This document shows positions 12,904 to 23,180 of a stretch of 64,000 nucleotides of DNA, one piece after another. How positions within the stretch are numbered: position 1 is the first letter of the stretch; each line of letters begins with the position of its first letter. The DNA is taken from positions 5,296 to 69,295 of the forward strand of contig CAVSAI010000023.1 in the NCBI GenBank assembly GCA_963725825.1, in the 5' to 3' direction. Position numbers and translations under genes: made by a program. The notes under the pieces were generated by a model. That model had not been told where the DNA came from. It saw nothing but the letters and a program-made list of their open reading frames with translations, and did no database searches. The DNA comes from Candidatus Aminicenantes bacterium (lineage in GTDB: Bacteria > Acidobacteriota > Aminicenantia > Aminicenantales > Saccharicenantaceae).

Positions 12904-13716
12904 ATGACGAAAAACCTTGTTACGATCGCCGGCTGGGACCCCTCGGCCGGCGCCGGCGTGTCGCTCGATCTGCAGGTCTTCGAGCGGCTCGGCCAGCGGG
13001 GTTTCGGGATCGTCACGGCGGTTACGGCCCAGAGCCCGGAGCGCGTGAGGGGCGTTTTCCCGGTGCCCGGCCGGGCCGTCGCGGGCCAGTTCGGGTCGCT
13101 CACGGCAGGGCTCGATGTCGGCGGCATCAAGGTCGGCATGCTGGCCACTGCTGCGAACCTCAAGGTCGTGGCCGGGATCCTGGCCAAGCACGACCGCCTG
13201 CCGCGTGTCGTCGACCCGGTGCTCCGCTCTAGCTCGGGCGCCTATCTTCTCGAAAGGAAAGCCTGGCCCCGTTTTCTCGAAACGGTCGAAGGGAAAGCCA
13301 GCCTCATCACGCCGAACCTCGTCGAAGCGGCGGTGCTCACCGGACGTCCCGTCCGGAACGTCGCCGAGATGAGAGCGGCCGCGGAAAAGATCCAGCGGCG
13401 GAGCGGCATCCCCTGCCTGGTCAAGGGCGGACACCTGGAAGGCCAGGCCGTGGACGTCCTTTTCGATGGGAACGAATTCTCCTGCTTCGCCCACGAGAAG
13501 CTGCCCCGCAGCGTCCACGGGACCGGCTGCTACCTGTCGTCGGCCATACTCTGCTATCTCGCTGAGGGAAGGCCGCTCAAGGAATCGTGCGGCCTGGGCA
13601 TCTTCCGGGTGGGCCGGGCCATCCGCGCCTCAGTGCCCGGAGGCAATGGCGTATGGGTTTTCGATTTCAATCGAGAACGGGGACGGGTGCCGTTGCCGCC
13701 CCGGGGAGCTGACTGA
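12904..13716 (+). CDS. thiD: Hydroxymethylpyrimidine/phosphomethylpyrimidine kinase
   Basis: LVTIAGWDPSAGAGVSLDLQVF, GIKVGML and VKGGHLEG motifs are present. ATG at 12904 is preferred over GTG at 12856. Confidence 0.8.
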   Translation: MTKNLVTIAGWDPSAGAGVSLDLQVFERLGQRGFGIVTAVTAQSPERVRGVFPVPGRAVAGQFGSLTAGLDVGGIKVGMLATAANLKVVAGILAKHDRLPRVVDPVLRSSSGAYLLERKAWPRFLETVEGKASLITPNLVEAAVLTGRPVRNVAEMRAAAEKIQRRSGIPCLVKGGHLEGQAVDVLFDGNEFSCFAHEKLPRSVHGTGCYLSSAILCYLAEGRPLKESCGLGIFRVGRAIRASVPGGNGVWVFDFNRERGRVPLPPRGAD

Positions 13717-14701
13717 CGATCCGGGCCGCCCGGTCGAGGACGCCCTTCGGGAAGACCACGCCCTGCCGGGCCGCGGCCGCGGTGTTGATGTAGAGCTTGA
13801 CCGCGTCCATGGACTCGATCGGCAGCCCACCGGGGTTCTCGCCGTTCTTGACCCGGACGGCCAGCCGGCCTGTCTTGAGGCCGAGGTCATAGAAATCGAA
13901 GCCAAGCGCCGCGCACGCGCCGAACTCCACGGACCGGAGAAAGCTCGCGAACAAGGGCGTCGCGCTCTCTTCGGCGGCCCGGCCGATGATATCGTACGAG
14001 CTGTTGAGGGTGTTGTCGGACATCGGGAAAAGGACATCGATCTTCTCGTTGAGGAGGCGCTGGAGGGAGCGGAGGACCTCGGTCGGGCCGGTGACCGGCA
14101 CGACGACGAGCTCGAGGCCGAGCCCGGACGCGGCCGCGCGCGCTTGTTCCAGATAATACTCCGAGTTGATCTCGGAGGATGTCCAGAGGGATCCGACCCG
14201 GCGGGCCCGAGGCAGGACCTCACGGATGAGGGCCATCGTCTGCCGGATGGGTCCCGTCGAGACGACGCCCGTGACGTTCGCGAGATGGTTCGCGGCCGAT
14301 TGGCCCGCCCCGACGAGATAGGGAACCGCCACCGCGCCGAAGACGATGGGCACTCGCCGCGAGGTCAGGATGGCCGCCTGGAGGGCCTGGGTCGACAAAG
14401 GGATGATCATATCGACCCGGCCGGCGAGCTCGCGGGCGATCGTCTGGACCTCGGCGATATCGTTGTTGGCGATGCGGATGGTGACGACGATCTCACGGCC
14501 GTCGCGGAGGCCGGCCTCGGCGAAGGCCTGGAGGATGCCGCGGCGAACCTCGTTGGCCGTCGGCGAGTCCACCGACTGGAAGATGCCGATGACGTAGGGA
14601 CCGGGGCCGCTCGAGGCGGGCGGAGGCGCTTCCTGCTTGCGGCATGCGGGAAGGAGCAGGCTGAGAGCCATCCCGACGATCGACAGGGTCTTGGATTTCA
14701 T
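13667..14701 (-). CDS. ABC transporter substrate-binding lipoprotein (ABC_sub_bind family)
   Basis: Lipobox LLLPAC, then a periplasmic-binding fold. The 50-nt convergent overlap with thiD suggests one of the two ends is over-called. Confidence 0.75.
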   Translation of the reverse strand: MKSKTLSIVGMALSLLLPACRKQEAPPPASSGPGPYVIGIFQSVDSPTANEVRRGILQAFAEAGLRDGREIVVTIRIANNDIAEVQTIARELAGRVDMIIPLSTQALQAAILTSRRVPIVFGAVAVPYLVGAGQSAANHLANVTGVVSTGPIRQTMALIREVLPRARRVGSLWTSSEINSEYYLEQARAAASGLGLELVVVPVTGPTEVLRSLQRLLNEKIDVLFPMSDNTLNSSYDIIGRAAEESATPLFASFLRSVEFGACAALGFDFYDLGLKTGRLAVRVKNGENPGGLPIESMDAVKLYINTAAAARQGVVFPKGVLDRAARIVSQLPGAATAPVPVLD

Positions 14702-14762
14702 GGCCGGCCGCGTTTATCTTAGAACAACTACCGGCAGGGGAGCAAGGCCCCGGATCAAGGGC

Positions 14763-15740
14763 TCAGGCGCGGAGGCCCGCGATCTCCCGGAAGCGCTCGA
14801 CGGCGATATTCCCGCCGCTCGCGACGGCGACCACGGTCCGGCCGGCGCGGCCGGCCGGCGATCGGAGCAGGGCCGCGAAGGGCAGGGCCCCGGCGCCCTC
14901 GATCATCCGGCCGTAGCGTTCGAAGACGACGGCCATGGCTCGAGCGATCGAGGCTTCGGGCACGACCTCGATCGCATCGACGAAGTCCCGGCAGAGGGGA
15001 AAGGTGATCGACCCGGGCTCGATGGCGCCGGCGACGGCATCGGCGATCGTCGGCCTCTCATCGACTTCGACCAGCCGGCCCGCGGCCAGGGACGCGGCCA
15101 TGAAAGCCGAGGTCTCGGGCTCGATGCCGATCATCCTGACGCCCGGCCGGACGGCCTTGAGAAAGGCCGCGATCCCAGCGATCAGGCCTCCCCCGCCGAC
15201 CGGAACGAGCACGTCGTCGAACCGGGCCAGGTCGGCGACGAGCTCGAGCCCGACCGTTCCGGCGCCGAAGACGATGTCCCAGTCATTATAGGGTGAGACG
15301 AAGACTCGGCCGGTTCGGGCGGCGAATTCGCGGGCGATCGCCTCGGCCTTGTCGCAGCTCGCGCCGCGGACCTCGACGTCGATGCCCATGTCTTCGATCC
15401 TCTGCTTCTTGATCGCAGCGACCGTTTCAGGGAGAAAGAGCTTGAGCCCGATCCCTTCGAGACGCGAAGCGTGGCTGATGGCCAGGCCGTGGTTGCCCGT
15501 CGAAGCCGAGACGACGCCTTTGGCCCGGTCCTCCGGCGAAAGGGACCGCAGCTTGTTGAGCGCTCCCCTCAGCTTGAAGGAGCCGGTCGTCTGGTCGCAC
15601 TCCCACTTGACGTAAACCTTCGCCCCGGTCTCCCGGCTGAGCGGCTCGGAGTACTCGACCGGCGTCCTCCGGATATCGTTCTTGATCCGCTCGTAGGCTT
15701 CCTTGATCTTCGCGGCGTAATCGACCGGCGTCTCGTTCAT
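14763..15740 (-). CDS. PLP-dependent threonine/serine dehydratase
   Basis: PLP-lysine motif TGSFKLRGA; SASTGNHG; glycine loop PVGGGGLIAG. Confidence 0.8.
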   Translation of the reverse strand: MNETPVDYAAKIKEAYERIKNDIRRTPVEYSEPLSRETGAKVYVKWECDQTTGSFKLRGALNKLRSLSPEDRAKGVVSASTGNHGLAISHASRLEGIGLKLFLPETVAAIKKQRIEDMGIDVEVRGASCDKAEAIAREFAARTGRVFVSPYNDWDIVFGAGTVGLELVADLARFDDVLVPVGGGGLIAGIAAFLKAVRPGVRMIGIEPETSAFMAASLAAGRLVEVDERPTIADAVAGAIEPGSITFPLCRDFVDAIEVVPEASIARAMAVVFERYGRMIEGAGALPFAALLRSPAGRAGRTVVAVASGGNIAVERFREIAGLRA

Positions 15741-15858
15741 TCTTGCCCTCTGTGAGATAGATTATCATGACCTGCAAGAAACGGAAAATTCCGCCTTCGC
15801 CCGGAACAGACGATGAGCGAATTGAGAATTCCCGAGGGCGAAGGTACAATAGGGACTC

Positions 15859-16791
15859 ATGGCCAAGTATTACGTCGGCACCGCCGGCTGGAGCTACGAG
15901 GACTGGGGAGGCATCGTCTATCCGGTCCGCAAGGGCCGCGGTTTCCATCCCCTCGCGTTTCTCGCCGACTTCATCAACATCGTCGAGGTCAACAGCACCT
16001 TCTACCGGCCCGCGCCGCCGGCCATGGTCCGCTCGTGGCTGAAGAGGATCGAGAGCCGCCCGGATTTCCTGCTGTCCCTCAAGCTCTATCAGGCCTTCAC
16101 CCACGCCCGGGAAGGGTTCACCGAGAAGGATGTCGACGAGATCCGCCTCGCGGCCGACCTCGTCCGTCTCCAGGGCCGCCTCGCGGCCCTTCTCGTCCAG
16201 TTCCCCTGGTCCTTCCGGAACTCTCCGGCGAATGCCGGATACCTCGAGCGTCTCCTCGAGCTCTTCGCCGGCTATCCCCTGGCCGTGGAAGTGCGCCACA
16301 CGAGCTGGGACACGCCGGATTTCTATGACCTTCTCCGCGCCAAAGGGGCCGCCTTCTGCAACATCGACCAGCCTCTCTTCGACGCCTCGATCAAGCCGTC
16401 CGCCGTCAGCACGACGCCGGACTTCGCCTATGTCCGCTTGCACGGCCGCAACTATGAGAACTGGTTCAGCGAGAGCGCCGGCCGCGACGACCGCTACGAC
16501 TATCTCTATGCCGCGGACGAGCTCGAGGGCTGGATCACGCGCATCAAGGATCTCGGCACCAGGAGCAGCAAGATCTACGTCATCACGAACAACCACTACC
16601 GGGGACAGGCCCTGGCCAACGCCCTCCAGATCCGGAACATGATCACCGGCGACAAGGTGGACGTCCCCGACCTCCTGCTCGAAAAGTACCCCGTCCTGCG
16701 GGAGATCGTCCGGGCCATCCAGGCCGGCCAGATGGACCTCTTCGACAGGAAAGGCCGGGGCGGGAACGACGACAAGGGAGAACCGACATGA
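15859..16791 (+). CDS. DUF72 (YecE-like) family protein
   Basis: The YVGTAGWSYEDW start and EVNSTFYR motif are typical of DUF72. Confidence 0.85.
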   Translation: MAKYYVGTAGWSYEDWGGIVYPVRKGRGFHPLAFLADFINIVEVNSTFYRPAPPAMVRSWLKRIESRPDFLLSLKLYQAFTHAREGFTEKDVDEIRLAADLVRLQGRLAALLVQFPWSFRNSPANAGYLERLLELFAGYPLAVEVRHTSWDTPDFYDLLRAKGAAFCNIDQPLFDASIKPSAVSTTPDFAYVRLHGRNYENWFSESAGRDDRYDYLYAADELEGWITRIKDLGTRSSKIYVITNNHYRGQALANALQIRNMITGDKVDVPDLLLEKYPVLREIVRAIQAGQMDLFDRKGRGGNDDKGEPT

Positions 16792-18029
16792 ACTGGTGGG
16801 AAACGGATTTCGTCTCTGTCCGCGGCAACCGGCTTCAGATCGCGGGTCGCGAAGCGGCCGAATTGGCCGAGCACTATGGGACTCCGCTCTATGTCTACGG
16901 CAAGGACCGCATCCTCGAGCTCTACGCGCGCCTCGACGACGCCTTCGCCCGGCACTCGGCGCTGCCGGCCCGCATCTGCTATGCCATGAAGGCTAACCCC
17001 CACCGGGGCATCATGCGCCTGCTCCGGAAGCGGGGCGCCTGGATCGACGCCGTGTCCCCCTGCGAGGTCGAGACCGCCCTCAAGGCCGGGTTCCCCGCGG
17101 AGCGCATCCTGTTCACCGGGACGAGCGTCAGCCGGGCCGACCTCCGCTCGGTCTTCGCCGTCGACGGACTGACGGTCAACATCGACGCCGCCGAACAGCT
17201 CGACCTCATGAGCGAGATCAAGCGCGAATTCCCGGGCAAGACCCTGCGTGTGTCCGTCCGCTGGAACCCGGGCATCGGCCGGGGCTTCAACGCCAAGGCC
17301 ATTACGGCGGGCAAGCGCTCCTCCGACGGGACGCCCATCAAGTTCGGGGTCGAGGCGAAGAAGGTCATCGGCGTCTTCGAGCGGGCCCGCAAGCTCGGCT
17401 TCCGCCCCGTCGGCATCCACCAGCACCTCGGCTCGGGCTGGGTCCGCGAAGATTTCGGCATGGTCCGGACCGCGGTCGACCGCATGGTCCGCAAGGCCAA
17501 GGAAGTCGAAAAAGCCGGATTCCCCCTCGAGTTCATCGACTTCGGCGGCGGGTTCGGACCGCGCTATCTCAAAGGCCGGGGCGTCTTCCCGGTCGAAGAC
17601 TACATCGCCTATCTGTCCAGCGCCGTGGCCAAGGCGGGACTCTCCGTAAAGGCCCTGGCCATCGAGCCGGGGAAATACCTGGTCGGCGACGCCGGAGTGC
17701 TGCTCCTCGGCGTCGAGTACGTCAAGGAAAGCTACGGCAACATCTTCGCCTGCGTCGACGGCGGTACGTTCAACACGGTGCCCCGCCCGGCGATCTATCT
17801 CTCGGCCCACCACGAGATCGTCAACGCCGGCCGCATCGACGGGCAGAGCAAGGCCCGGATCACCGTGGCCGGGAACCTCTGCGAGACCGGCGACGTCTTC
17901 GGCCGGGAGCGGTCCATGCCCCTGCCCGAGAGCGGCAGCATCCTGGCGGTCCTGTGCGCCGGGGCCTACTGCCGAAGCATGGCCTCGAACTTCAACCTGC
18001 GCGAGATCCCGCGCGAGATCCTCGTTTGA
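16788..18029 (+). CDS. lysA: Diaminopimelate decarboxylase (group IV PLP decarboxylase)
   Basis: YGTPLYVY, the PLP-lysine context YAMKAN, HQHLGSG, and GAYCRSMASNFN at the C-terminus. ATGA overlap with the DUF72 gene. Confidence 0.8.
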   Translation: MNWWETDFVSVRGNRLQIAGREAAELAEHYGTPLYVYGKDRILELYARLDDAFARHSALPARICYAMKANPHRGIMRLLRKRGAWIDAVSPCEVETALKAGFPAERILFTGTSVSRADLRSVFAVDGLTVNIDAAEQLDLMSEIKREFPGKTLRVSVRWNPGIGRGFNAKAITAGKRSSDGTPIKFGVEAKKVIGVFERARKLGFRPVGIHQHLGSGWVREDFGMVRTAVDRMVRKAKEVEKAGFPLEFIDFGGGFGPRYLKGRGVFPVEDYIAYLSSAVAKAGLSVKALAIEPGKYLVGDAGVLLLGVEYVKESYGNIFACVDGGTFNTVPRPAIYLSAHHEIVNAGRIDGQSKARITVAGNLCETGDVFGRERSMPLPESGSILAVLCAGAYCRSMASNFNLREIPREILV

Positions 18030-18945
18030 CCAGGGCCGCCACGGCCGCGGCGGCGTCGGCACAGCGGAACTCGAATCCCGCGGCCCCGAGCCGGCGCGGA
18101 AGAACGCGCTGACCCACGAGGAGCGTCTCGCCGGCCTTCTGGCCGAACAGGAGCCTGAGGAGGACGGCGGGCACGGGCACCCAACAGGGCCTCCGGAGAC
18201 CCTCCCCGATGAGCCGGCAGAGCTCACCCTCCCGAAGCGGCCGGGGCGCCGTAAGGTTGAAGGCCCCGGCGAGGCCTTCGTGCTCGATGAGGAAGCGAAC
18301 GGCCCGGGCCTCGTCCTCCAGCGTGATCCAGGAGAACCATTGCCGGCCGTTGCCGAGCGGGCCGCCCGCGAAGAATCGGAAGGGCCGGACAAGGCTCGGC
18401 CAGACCCCTCCCTCTCGGCCCAGGACGAGTCCCGACCGGATGACGACGCGACGGACCCCGAGATCCTCGACCTCCCGCGTCGATGCTTCCCACGCTTTGA
18501 CGACCCCGGCAAGGAAACCCGGCCCGGGAGGCGAGCCTTCGTCGACCTCGGCCTCGCCGGAGTTCCCGTAGAAGCCGACCGCGGACGACTGGACGAAGAC
18601 GCGGGGTCTCGCCCGGGCTTGGCGGACCGCTTCGACGAGGGCGGCCCCCGGAAGCGTCCGGCTAAGGAGGATGCGTTCCTTTTTTGCCCTGGTCCAACGA
18701 CCCTTGGCGAGACTGTCCCCGGTGAGGTTGACGACGGCGAGTGACCCTTCCGCATAGCGCGCCCACCCGGCGATCGTCCGTCCGTCCCACGGCACGATCT
18801 CGACGCCGTCAGGAAAGCGGCCCCGGCCCGCGCCGGCGTTCCGGCTCAGGGCGACGACCCGGTAACCATTGTCAGCGAGCTCACGGACGAGAGCCCGCCC
18901 GATGAAACCCGTGGCGCCCGCGACGAGGACGCGATCAGGCGTCAT
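17992..18945 (-). CDS. TIGR01777/YfcH-like NAD-dependent epimerase family protein (SDR + DUF1731)
   Basis: Rossmann motif VAGATGFIGRAL. The C-terminal RVLPRRLGAAGFEFR is typical of DUF1731. Confidence 0.8.
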   Translation of the reverse strand: MTPDRVLVAGATGFIGRALVRELADNGYRVVALSRNAGAGRGRFPDGVEIVPWDGRTIAGWARYAEGSLAVVNLTGDSLAKGRWTRAKKERILLSRTLPGAALVEAVRQARARPRVFVQSSAVGFYGNSGEAEVDEGSPPGPGFLAGVVKAWEASTREVEDLGVRRVVIRSGLVLGREGGVWPSLVRPFRFFAGGPLGNGRQWFSWITLEDEARAVRFLIEHEGLAGAFNLTAPRPLREGELCRLIGEGLRRPCWVPVPAVLLRLLFGQKAGETLLVGQRVLPRRLGAAGFEFRCADAAAAVAALVKRGSRAGSRAG

Positions 18946-18951
18946 GGCGGA

Positions 18952-19419
18952 TCATTTCTTGAGGAAGGCGAAGATCTCCTCGAGGTCGGGAAGCTGGGGG
19001 ATCTCGTAGTCCTTGATGAGCGCCAGGCGGCCGCTTTCGTCGACGAGGAGGTTGGCCCGGCTGGAGAAGCCGTCCTCCTCGCGGAAAAGGCCCATGGCAT
19101 GGGCCACGGCGCCGTGAGGCCAGAAATCGCAAAGGAGCCTTGTCTCCTTGATACCCAGCTCCTTGGCCCAGGCATGCTTGCACGGGAACGAATCGACGCT
19201 GACGCCGACCGCGACCGTCCGCAGGGAATCGAACATGGCCTTGTGGGCTTCGAGCGCCTTCATCTGTTCGGAACAGACAGGCGTCCAGGCCAGCGGATGG
19301 AACGCCAGGAGCACCCGCCTCCCGGCGAAATCCGAAAGCCTGAAATCGCGGTTGTGCTGGTCCTTGAGGGTGAAGTCCGGCGCGATGTCCCCTTCCCAAA
19401 CAGTTCTGGTATTGCCCAT
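18952..19419 (-). CDS. Peroxiredoxin (AhpC/TSA, Bcp-like)
   Basis: Only the last 155 aa of the 859-aa ORF 18952..21531 are plausible. ATG at 19419 has a GGAGG SD. The peroxidatic Cys context is WTPVCSEQ. Confidence 0.85.
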   Translation of the reverse strand: MGNTRTVWEGDIAPDFTLKDQHNRDFRLSDFAGRRVLLAFHPLAWTPVCSEQMKALEAHKAMFDSLRTVAVGVSVDSFPCKHAWAKELGIKETRLLCDFWPHGAVAHAMGLFREEDGFSSRANLLVDESGRLALIKDYEIPQLPDLEEIFAFLKK

Positions 19420-19541
19420 CTCGAGACCTCCCCGGAAATGACGCCGGGACGGCCCGTTCGTCCGGCCCATTATGGCACAGGCCGGCCCGTCGTGACAAGA
19501 CGGGCGAAGCCATTTATTTTGGGTCCCGAGGGGGGCCGGGA

Positions 19542-21158
19542 TCAGCCGAAAACGGCATAAAGGCCGGCCATCAGCAGGAACAGGACCAGAGAGACGAGCC
19601 GGTAGTCCAGAAGCCCCGGTCCCCAGGGCCCGGCGAGGGCGGCGGACGGCCTCGCCCAGACGAGCTTCGCGCTCTCCTCGGTGTGCACATGGGGACGGAG
19701 GAGCGAGACAACGACCAGGATGGCCGAGCAGACGACGAAGAGATAGAACGTCGCCATCATCGACGGAACGTTCCAACCCGTCGTCCCCTTGAACCAGTCG
19801 AGAAGGAAGACGGTGAGCCCCAGGGCCGAACCGGCCATGAGCGTCACCCGGGCCGCGGCCGCGGACGCCTTCTTCCACAGGACGCCCCAGATGAAGACCG
19901 CGGTGATCGGCGGCGCGATGTAGCAGATGACAGCCGTGATCCCCTGGAACAGGCTCTGGAAATGGCTGATCATCGGCGACCAGAGGATGGCCACGGCCAT
20001 CCCGACGAACGTAACGAGGCGTCCGACAAGGGTCAGGCGCTTTTCCGAGGCTTGCGGGCTGAAGCGCCGGTAGATGTCCAAGGTAAAGAGCGTGGCGATG
20101 GAATTGAGCGCCCCCGAGACGGTGCTCATCAGGGCCGCGAGCAGCGCCGCGGCAACGACCCCCTTGAGGCCCGCCGGCAGGAGATTGTTGACGAGGAGGG
20201 AATAGACATCGGCCGAGCTCTCGGGGGCCGGGAGCGCTCCTTGCTTGACGAGGCCGTAGGCGATGAGCCCGGGCAGAACGAACAGGAATACGGGCAGGAT
20301 CTTGATGAAGCCGGCGAACAGCGGGCCCAGCCGGGCGTTCCGTTCGTCCTTGGCCCCGAGCACGCGCTGGACGATGGTCTGGTCGGCACACCAATACCAG
20401 AGGCCGATGACCGGGTAGCCCAGGAGGACCGCGTACCAGGGCAGGCTCGGCGTCTCGGCGGCCGTCCGCAGCACGGTCAGCTTGACGGGTTCGACCGCGG
20501 CGACAAGCCCCTCCCAACCGCCGATCCGGACCAGTCCGAAGCCGAGGACGCAGGCCGAACCCGCGATGAGGACGACGGTCTGGACCGATTCCGTGACGAC
20601 CACGGCCAGGAGGCCGCCGACGATGGTATAGAGACCGGTGAGGAGGGCCGTGACGAGGATACTGGTATTGATGTCGATCCCGAACAATCCGCGCAGGACG
20701 ACGGCCCCCGTGTAGAGGGAGAAGCCGATATGGATGAAGACGGCCGAGATGATGGACAGCACCGCCAGCCAGTCGCGGCTGGCCCGCGAATAGCGCTTCT
20801 CCAGGAAGTCCGGCAGCGTGGCCACCCGCGCCCGGATGTAGAACGGGGCAAAAAAGAGGGCCAGGACGATGAGCAGGAAGGCGGCCATCCACTCGAAATT
20901 CCCGTAGGCCAGACCGTTGACATAGCCCTCCTGGGCCAGGCTGACCAGGTGGATGGTCGAGATGTTGGTCGAGAAGAGCGCCAGGCCGATGACCGGCCAG
21001 CGCAGCGAGCTGCCGGCGAGGAAGTACTGGGAGCTCGAGGCCTGCTTGGTCCTGCGCCGCCGCCAAGCCCAGAGCCCGAGGCCGACGATGCCGAGGAGAT
21101 AGGCGGCGACAAGGGCGACGTCCAGGCCGGACATGGACAGACGCGAGGCCCCGTTCAT
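19542..21158 (-). CDS. Sodium:solute symporter (SSF, SGLT-like)
   Basis: About 13 hydrophobic segments. YFLAGSSLRWPVIGLALFSTNIST is typical of SSF. ATG at 21158 is preferred over TTG at 21170. Confidence 0.85.
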   Translation of the reverse strand: MNGASRLSMSGLDVALVAAYLLGIVGLGLWAWRRRRTKQASSSQYFLAGSSLRWPVIGLALFSTNISTIHLVSLAQEGYVNGLAYGNFEWMAAFLLIVLALFFAPFYIRARVATLPDFLEKRYSRASRDWLAVLSIISAVFIHIGFSLYTGAVVLRGLFGIDINTSILVTALLTGLYTIVGGLLAVVVTESVQTVVLIAGSACVLGFGLVRIGGWEGLVAAVEPVKLTVLRTAAETPSLPWYAVLLGYPVIGLWYWCADQTIVQRVLGAKDERNARLGPLFAGFIKILPVFLFVLPGLIAYGLVKQGALPAPESSADVYSLLVNNLLPAGLKGVVAAALLAALMSTVSGALNSIATLFTLDIYRRFSPQASEKRLTLVGRLVTFVGMAVAILWSPMISHFQSLFQGITAVICYIAPPITAVFIWGVLWKKASAAAARVTLMAGSALGLTVFLLDWFKGTTGWNVPSMMATFYLFVVCSAILVVVSLLRPHVHTEESAKLVWARPSAALAGPWGPGLLDYRLVSLVLFLLMAGLYAVFG

Positions 21159-21166
21159 GACCGTCC

Positions 21167-21613
21167 TCAATCCAGGTGGAAGACTTCTTCCATCCGGCTC
21201 CAGAACTCCTTATCGCCGCGCGTCGCGATCGGGATCTGGCAGGGGTCGGTCTCCTTCCACCATCGCTGGGTTTCCGGGTCGGCGGCCATCCGGGCCATGT
21301 CGGCCTCGAAATCGCCGCCCGTGTACTCGAAATAGGAGAACAGGAGGTACTGGCCCTTTTCGATCTCGCGGAGATAGATCGAATAGTCGCGGATGTGGCA
21401 TTCCTTGAGCTTGGCCAGGACGCCGGGCCAGGCCGCGGCGTGGAGCCGCTTGTAGTATTCGATCTTATCCGGCTTGAGGCCGATGACCATGCCGTAACGT
21501 TCGACGCGATCCGGGGCGGTCCCGGACCCATTCAGGACGATGGCCGCCGCGGCGAAGGCGATGGCCAACGGAACGGTGATCAGGACGGCCAGGAAGGCGG
21601 TCTTATGTCTCAC
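21167..21613 (-). CDS. L-rhamnose mutarotase (RhaM) family protein with N-terminal hydrophobic anchor/signal
   Basis: YKRLHAAAWPGVLAKLKECHIRDYSIYL...FSYFEY is the RhaM fold signature. GTG start overlaps the fucosidase stop (GTGA). Confidence 0.7.
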   Translation of the reverse strand: MRHKTAFLAVLITVPLAIAFAAAAIVLNGSGTAPDRVERYGMVIGLKPDKIEYYKRLHAAAWPGVLAKLKECHIRDYSIYLREIEKGQYLLFSYFEYTGGDFEADMARMAADPETQRWWKETDPCQIPIATRGDKEFWSRMEEVFHLD

Positions 21614-23067
21614 TTCGCCGCTCCCTGCCCCGCGCCGGCTGCAGGAACGGCGGCGGTGATCTTGACGGCCACGGGCGCTTCGAGCCCCCAGGTCAGCCGC
21701 TGGATGTCGCTCGTCTCAGACTGGCCCCCCGGGGCCGGCTTGGCCTTGATCAGGCGGATGGTCTGCTTGCGGGTGACCGTGATCTTCAGGCCCGCCGGCG
21801 TCTGCTCCCAGGGCAGCTCCCCTTCCTGGCTGAGGAGGGTCACCTTGGTCCCGGGCGTCGCGGAGACGGACTTGAGGAGGAGGGTCCTGGTATTGTCCTG
21901 GAGCACGGCCAGGGCATACAGCGTGCCTTCGGCCCGCTTCTGCGTGAACCAGACGTCGCCCTCGTTCGTGATGCCCCACGGGCGAACGCCGCGCACGGCC
22001 TCGCCGTAGAGCATCATCCACAGGCCGAGGTCGCGGAGGACGTCCTCGTCGGCCGGGGCGATACGACCGTCGGGGCGGGGCCCGATGTTCAGGAGCATGT
22101 TGCCGCCCCGGGCCCGGATGTGGATGAGGTTCTCGATGATCTCGGACGACGGACGGACGACGGCCCCGGGGAGGTAGGACCACTGATAGCTCGTCGTCAG
22201 GCAGCTCTCCCAGGCCCGATCGTCGGCCTTGCCGGGGATCTCCTGCTCCGGGGTCGGGATCTCGCCGCGGCTGATGAAAACATCCTGGCGGACGCGCCAG
22301 GCGTGCTTCTTGAGCGGCTCGCACTTTCCGTCGAACCAGAGCATGAAGACGTCGCCGTAGCGGGTCAGGAGCTCTTCGATCTGGCCGCGCTCGTAATCGA
22401 GAAAGTTCTTCTGCTTCGGGCCGAAGAGGGCGGTGCTCGCGAAGCCGGGCTCATAGATGTGGCCGGTGCGCTGGCCGGTCACCCATTGGTAGCGGAAATC
22501 GCCAGGCGAGTAATAAAACCCGATGAGAATCCCTTCCTTGCGGAAGGCGTCGGCGATCATGGCCGCGATGTCCTTTTCATAGGGCGTCCGGGTGATCTTG
22601 AAGTCGCTGTACCCGGTATCGAAGTTGCAGAAGCCGTCATGGTGCTTGGCCGTAAAGACGACGTATTCCATACCGGCGAGCTTGGCCAGCCGGGCCCAGG
22701 CAGCGGGGTCGAACTCCGTCGGGTTGAAGGTCTCCGCCAAGCCGTAGTATTTTCTGATGTAATCTTCCGAAGCGTTGAAGAGCGGCCAGGAGATCTCGGT
22801 GCCCACCTGGCTGTTCGGGCCCCAGTGGATGAAGAGGCCGAGCCCGGCGTCCCGGAAGATCTCCGTCTTGGCCGGGTCGTTCGAAAGACGGACGGCGTTC
22901 TCGGCAAGAAGGGGCACCGTCGGCTTTTCTGCGGCGGCCGACCCGGTCATCGCGGACGGCGCGGGCGCTGGCGCCTTTCCGGAACATGCGATCGAAGCGG
23001 CGACGGCCGCCATCATCATCACGGCGAGGGCGCATCTGAGGGCACGAGGGGACTTCGCGAGCGTCAT
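21610..23067 (-). CDS. Alpha-L-fucosidase (GH29), lipoprotein
   Basis: GLFIHWGP and YVVFTAKHHDGFCNFDT motifs. Lipobox SIACSG. Confidence 0.85.
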   Translation of the reverse strand: MTLAKSPRALRCALAVMMMAAVAASIACSGKAPAPAPSAMTGSAAAEKPTVPLLAENAVRLSNDPAKTEIFRDAGLGLFIHWGPNSQVGTEISWPLFNASEDYIRKYYGLAETFNPTEFDPAAWARLAKLAGMEYVVFTAKHHDGFCNFDTGYSDFKITRTPYEKDIAAMIADAFRKEGILIGFYYSPGDFRYQWVTGQRTGHIYEPGFASTALFGPKQKNFLDYERGQIEELLTRYGDVFMLWFDGKCEPLKKHAWRVRQDVFISRGEIPTPEQEIPGKADDRAWESCLTTSYQWSYLPGAVVRPSSEIIENLIHIRARGGNMLLNIGPRPDGRIAPADEDVLRDLGLWMMLYGEAVRGVRPWGITNEGDVWFTQKRAEGTLYALAVLQDNTRTLLLKSVSATPGTKVTLLSQEGELPWEQTPAGLKITVTRKQTIRLIKAKPAPGGQSETSDIQRLTWGLEAPVAVKITAAVPAAGAGQGAAK

Positions 23068-23180
23068 GGGGGCCTCCTTCGTCCCTTTCTTTTAATGGAA
23101 CGCGTTCTAAAAAGCAAATCGCGGCGGGCGCCAACGGGCGCCGCGTTGACCCGCTGTCACGGGGGGCCTATAATCCGGGC

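Noticed and set aside
16596-18755. 719-aa minus-strand ORF spanning lysA and the epimerase gene
   Set aside because: It is a composite of out-of-frame read-through. The real genes are lysA (+) and the YfcH-like gene (-) in other frames.
18952-21531. 859-aa ORF
   Set aside because: Only the last 155 aa (the peroxiredoxin) are meaningful. The rest is an alternative frame across the SSF transporter and mutarotase genes.
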